IMG/VR virus record: IMGVR_UViG_3300012007_000007
Span: 1 to 35,433 of that record
DNA length: 35,433 bases
Strand: one strand, 5' to 3'
Source of the DNA: a virus
Taxonomy: Duplodnaviria > Heunggongvirae > Uroviricota > Caudoviricetes
Each line of letters begins with the position of its first letter. Within the stretch, counting starts at the first letter, position 1. The notes under the pieces were generated by a model. That model did no database searches, was not told where the DNA came from, and saw only the letters and a program-made list of their open reading frames with translations. Below are positions 34,570 through 35,433 of the stretch, in pieces. The position numbers were made by a program, and so were the translations under genes.

Positions 34570-35253
34570 ATGCGCGCGAAGCTTTATTCCAGTCAGTACC
34601 TTGGCGACTCGAAACTCGCCAACGGGAACATCCGCACCGGCAATAACTACAAGCTCGAGTGGAATACCCCGCTCAAGGCAAGTATCGTACACAAGACCTA
34701 CGGGAGGACCATAGGCTGGTACTGCCTGTCCGCCGTACCAAACTGCGGACAGTTTTCCGACTTTCCCGTTTCTTTGACGGGCCCACTGATGAGGAAGGTA
34801 TCCATACAGGCGACAACGGGCGAAACCGTGATAGCGTACCACGAGCTAATCCGGTGGAGACGGGTAGTCCCGGTAGACGTGATGCTCGGTATAGCCAGCA
34901 TAGTCGACAAGGAAATCTCTCGCCGGCTCTCGGAAACACTCACGGAACAGGGCTCGGCCAGGGGAATCAACCTCCCGGCAATAGTCGGCCCGGACGCGGC
35001 TATGTCCATGTACACTTCCGATAACGTCTGGTTCAACCCGGTAGAGCACACCGTAACCGTCAGCGACCTACTCGCAAACCTTCTCCACACGGTTGCCGAC
35101 AGCGTAGCCAGGCAGCTCATGGCAGACATCGAGAAAGCAAATATCTCCCATGTCGAGCTACAAGGAGTGGTGAACGACTGCATAAATGCGGTCAGGAAGC
35201 CGGTTTCAGCCTTGGAACCCGGAACCATTTCCCGGCTAGGCATCGTGGTCTAG
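34570..35253 (+). CDS. hypothetical protein
   Basis: ATG 2 nt after the previous stop (MRAKLYSS). Confidence 0.72.
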   Translation: MRAKLYSSQYLGDSKLANGNIRTGNNYKLEWNTPLKASIVHKTYGRTIGWYCLSAVPNCGQFSDFPVSLTGPLMRKVSIQATTGETVIAYHELIRWRRVVPVDVMLGIASIVDKEISRRLSETLTEQGSARGINLPAIVGPDAAMSMYTSDNVWFNPVEHTVTVSDLLANLLHTVADSVARQLMADIEKANISHVELQGVVNDCINAVRKPVSALEPGTISRLGIVV

Positions 35254-35256
35254 CAT

Positions 35257-35269
35257 TTTTGCTATATTT
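35257..35269 (+). promoter_or_regulatory. class I promoter motif
   Basis: TTTTGCTATATTT. Confidence 0.75.
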
Positions 35270-35277
35270 GTGGTGTT

Positions 35278-35433
35278 ATGGGTTATTTTGATAGAATATT
35301 CGGCAGAAAGAAGGATTCTCCCGGGAAATCCCGTAAAAGGGGGCGCGGCTCCCGGAGAAGGCGCAGGGTGGAACGGGAGATACGGCACGTTCTCGACATA
35401 TGGGCAAAATGTCCAGGCGTAGAAAAGGAACTC
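35278..35433 (+). CDS. hypothetical basic protein (3'-truncated)
   Basis: MGYFDRIFGRKK... open to the window end. Confidence 0.6.
   Translation, partial: MGYFDRIFGRKKDSPGKSRKRGRGSRRRRRVEREIRHVLDIWAKCPGVEKEL

Noticed and set aside
1-35433. Stop-codon reassignment as seen in some gut jumbo phages
   Set aside because: TAA, TAG and TGA all end intact, tightly packed genes under code 11.

Overview
Gene-dense accessory region of a large, probably jumbo or T4-like, dsDNA bacteriophage using the standard genetic code. No tRNA, rRNA, CRISPR array or transposon was recognised. Recognisable enzymes are a T4 Rnl1-type RNA ligase, dTMP kinase, NADAR, a TerD-domain protein, UDP-galactopyranose mutase, an AAA+ ATPase, a Nudix hydrolase, Thg1 and an OFA-family MFS transporter. 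Two promoter-like motifs organise the region. TTGCTATATTT(G) matches the Bacteroidota-type TAnnTTTG -7 element and often drives leaderless genes. ATAAAC(T) resembles the T4 late promoter. Main discoveries: (1) about 10 small genes share one N-terminal Y-x-A-x-Y-L-x-I-F-x-x-F-x-R-R-x-x-x-K tag fused to unrelated C-terminal domains. (2) Five ATAAAC-driven proteins share an N-terminal leader ending in [LI]-x-E-[AG], suggesting prohead-protease-processed injected cargo, including two ADP-ribosyltransferase-like paralogs and an HExxH protein. (3) An ArfA/BrfA-like ribosome-rescue gene carries an intrinsic terminator inside its ORF. (4) CCGGGA-loop-TCCCGG hairpins recur and GATC appears to be absent. 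All family assignments come from reading motifs by eye; no searches were run.
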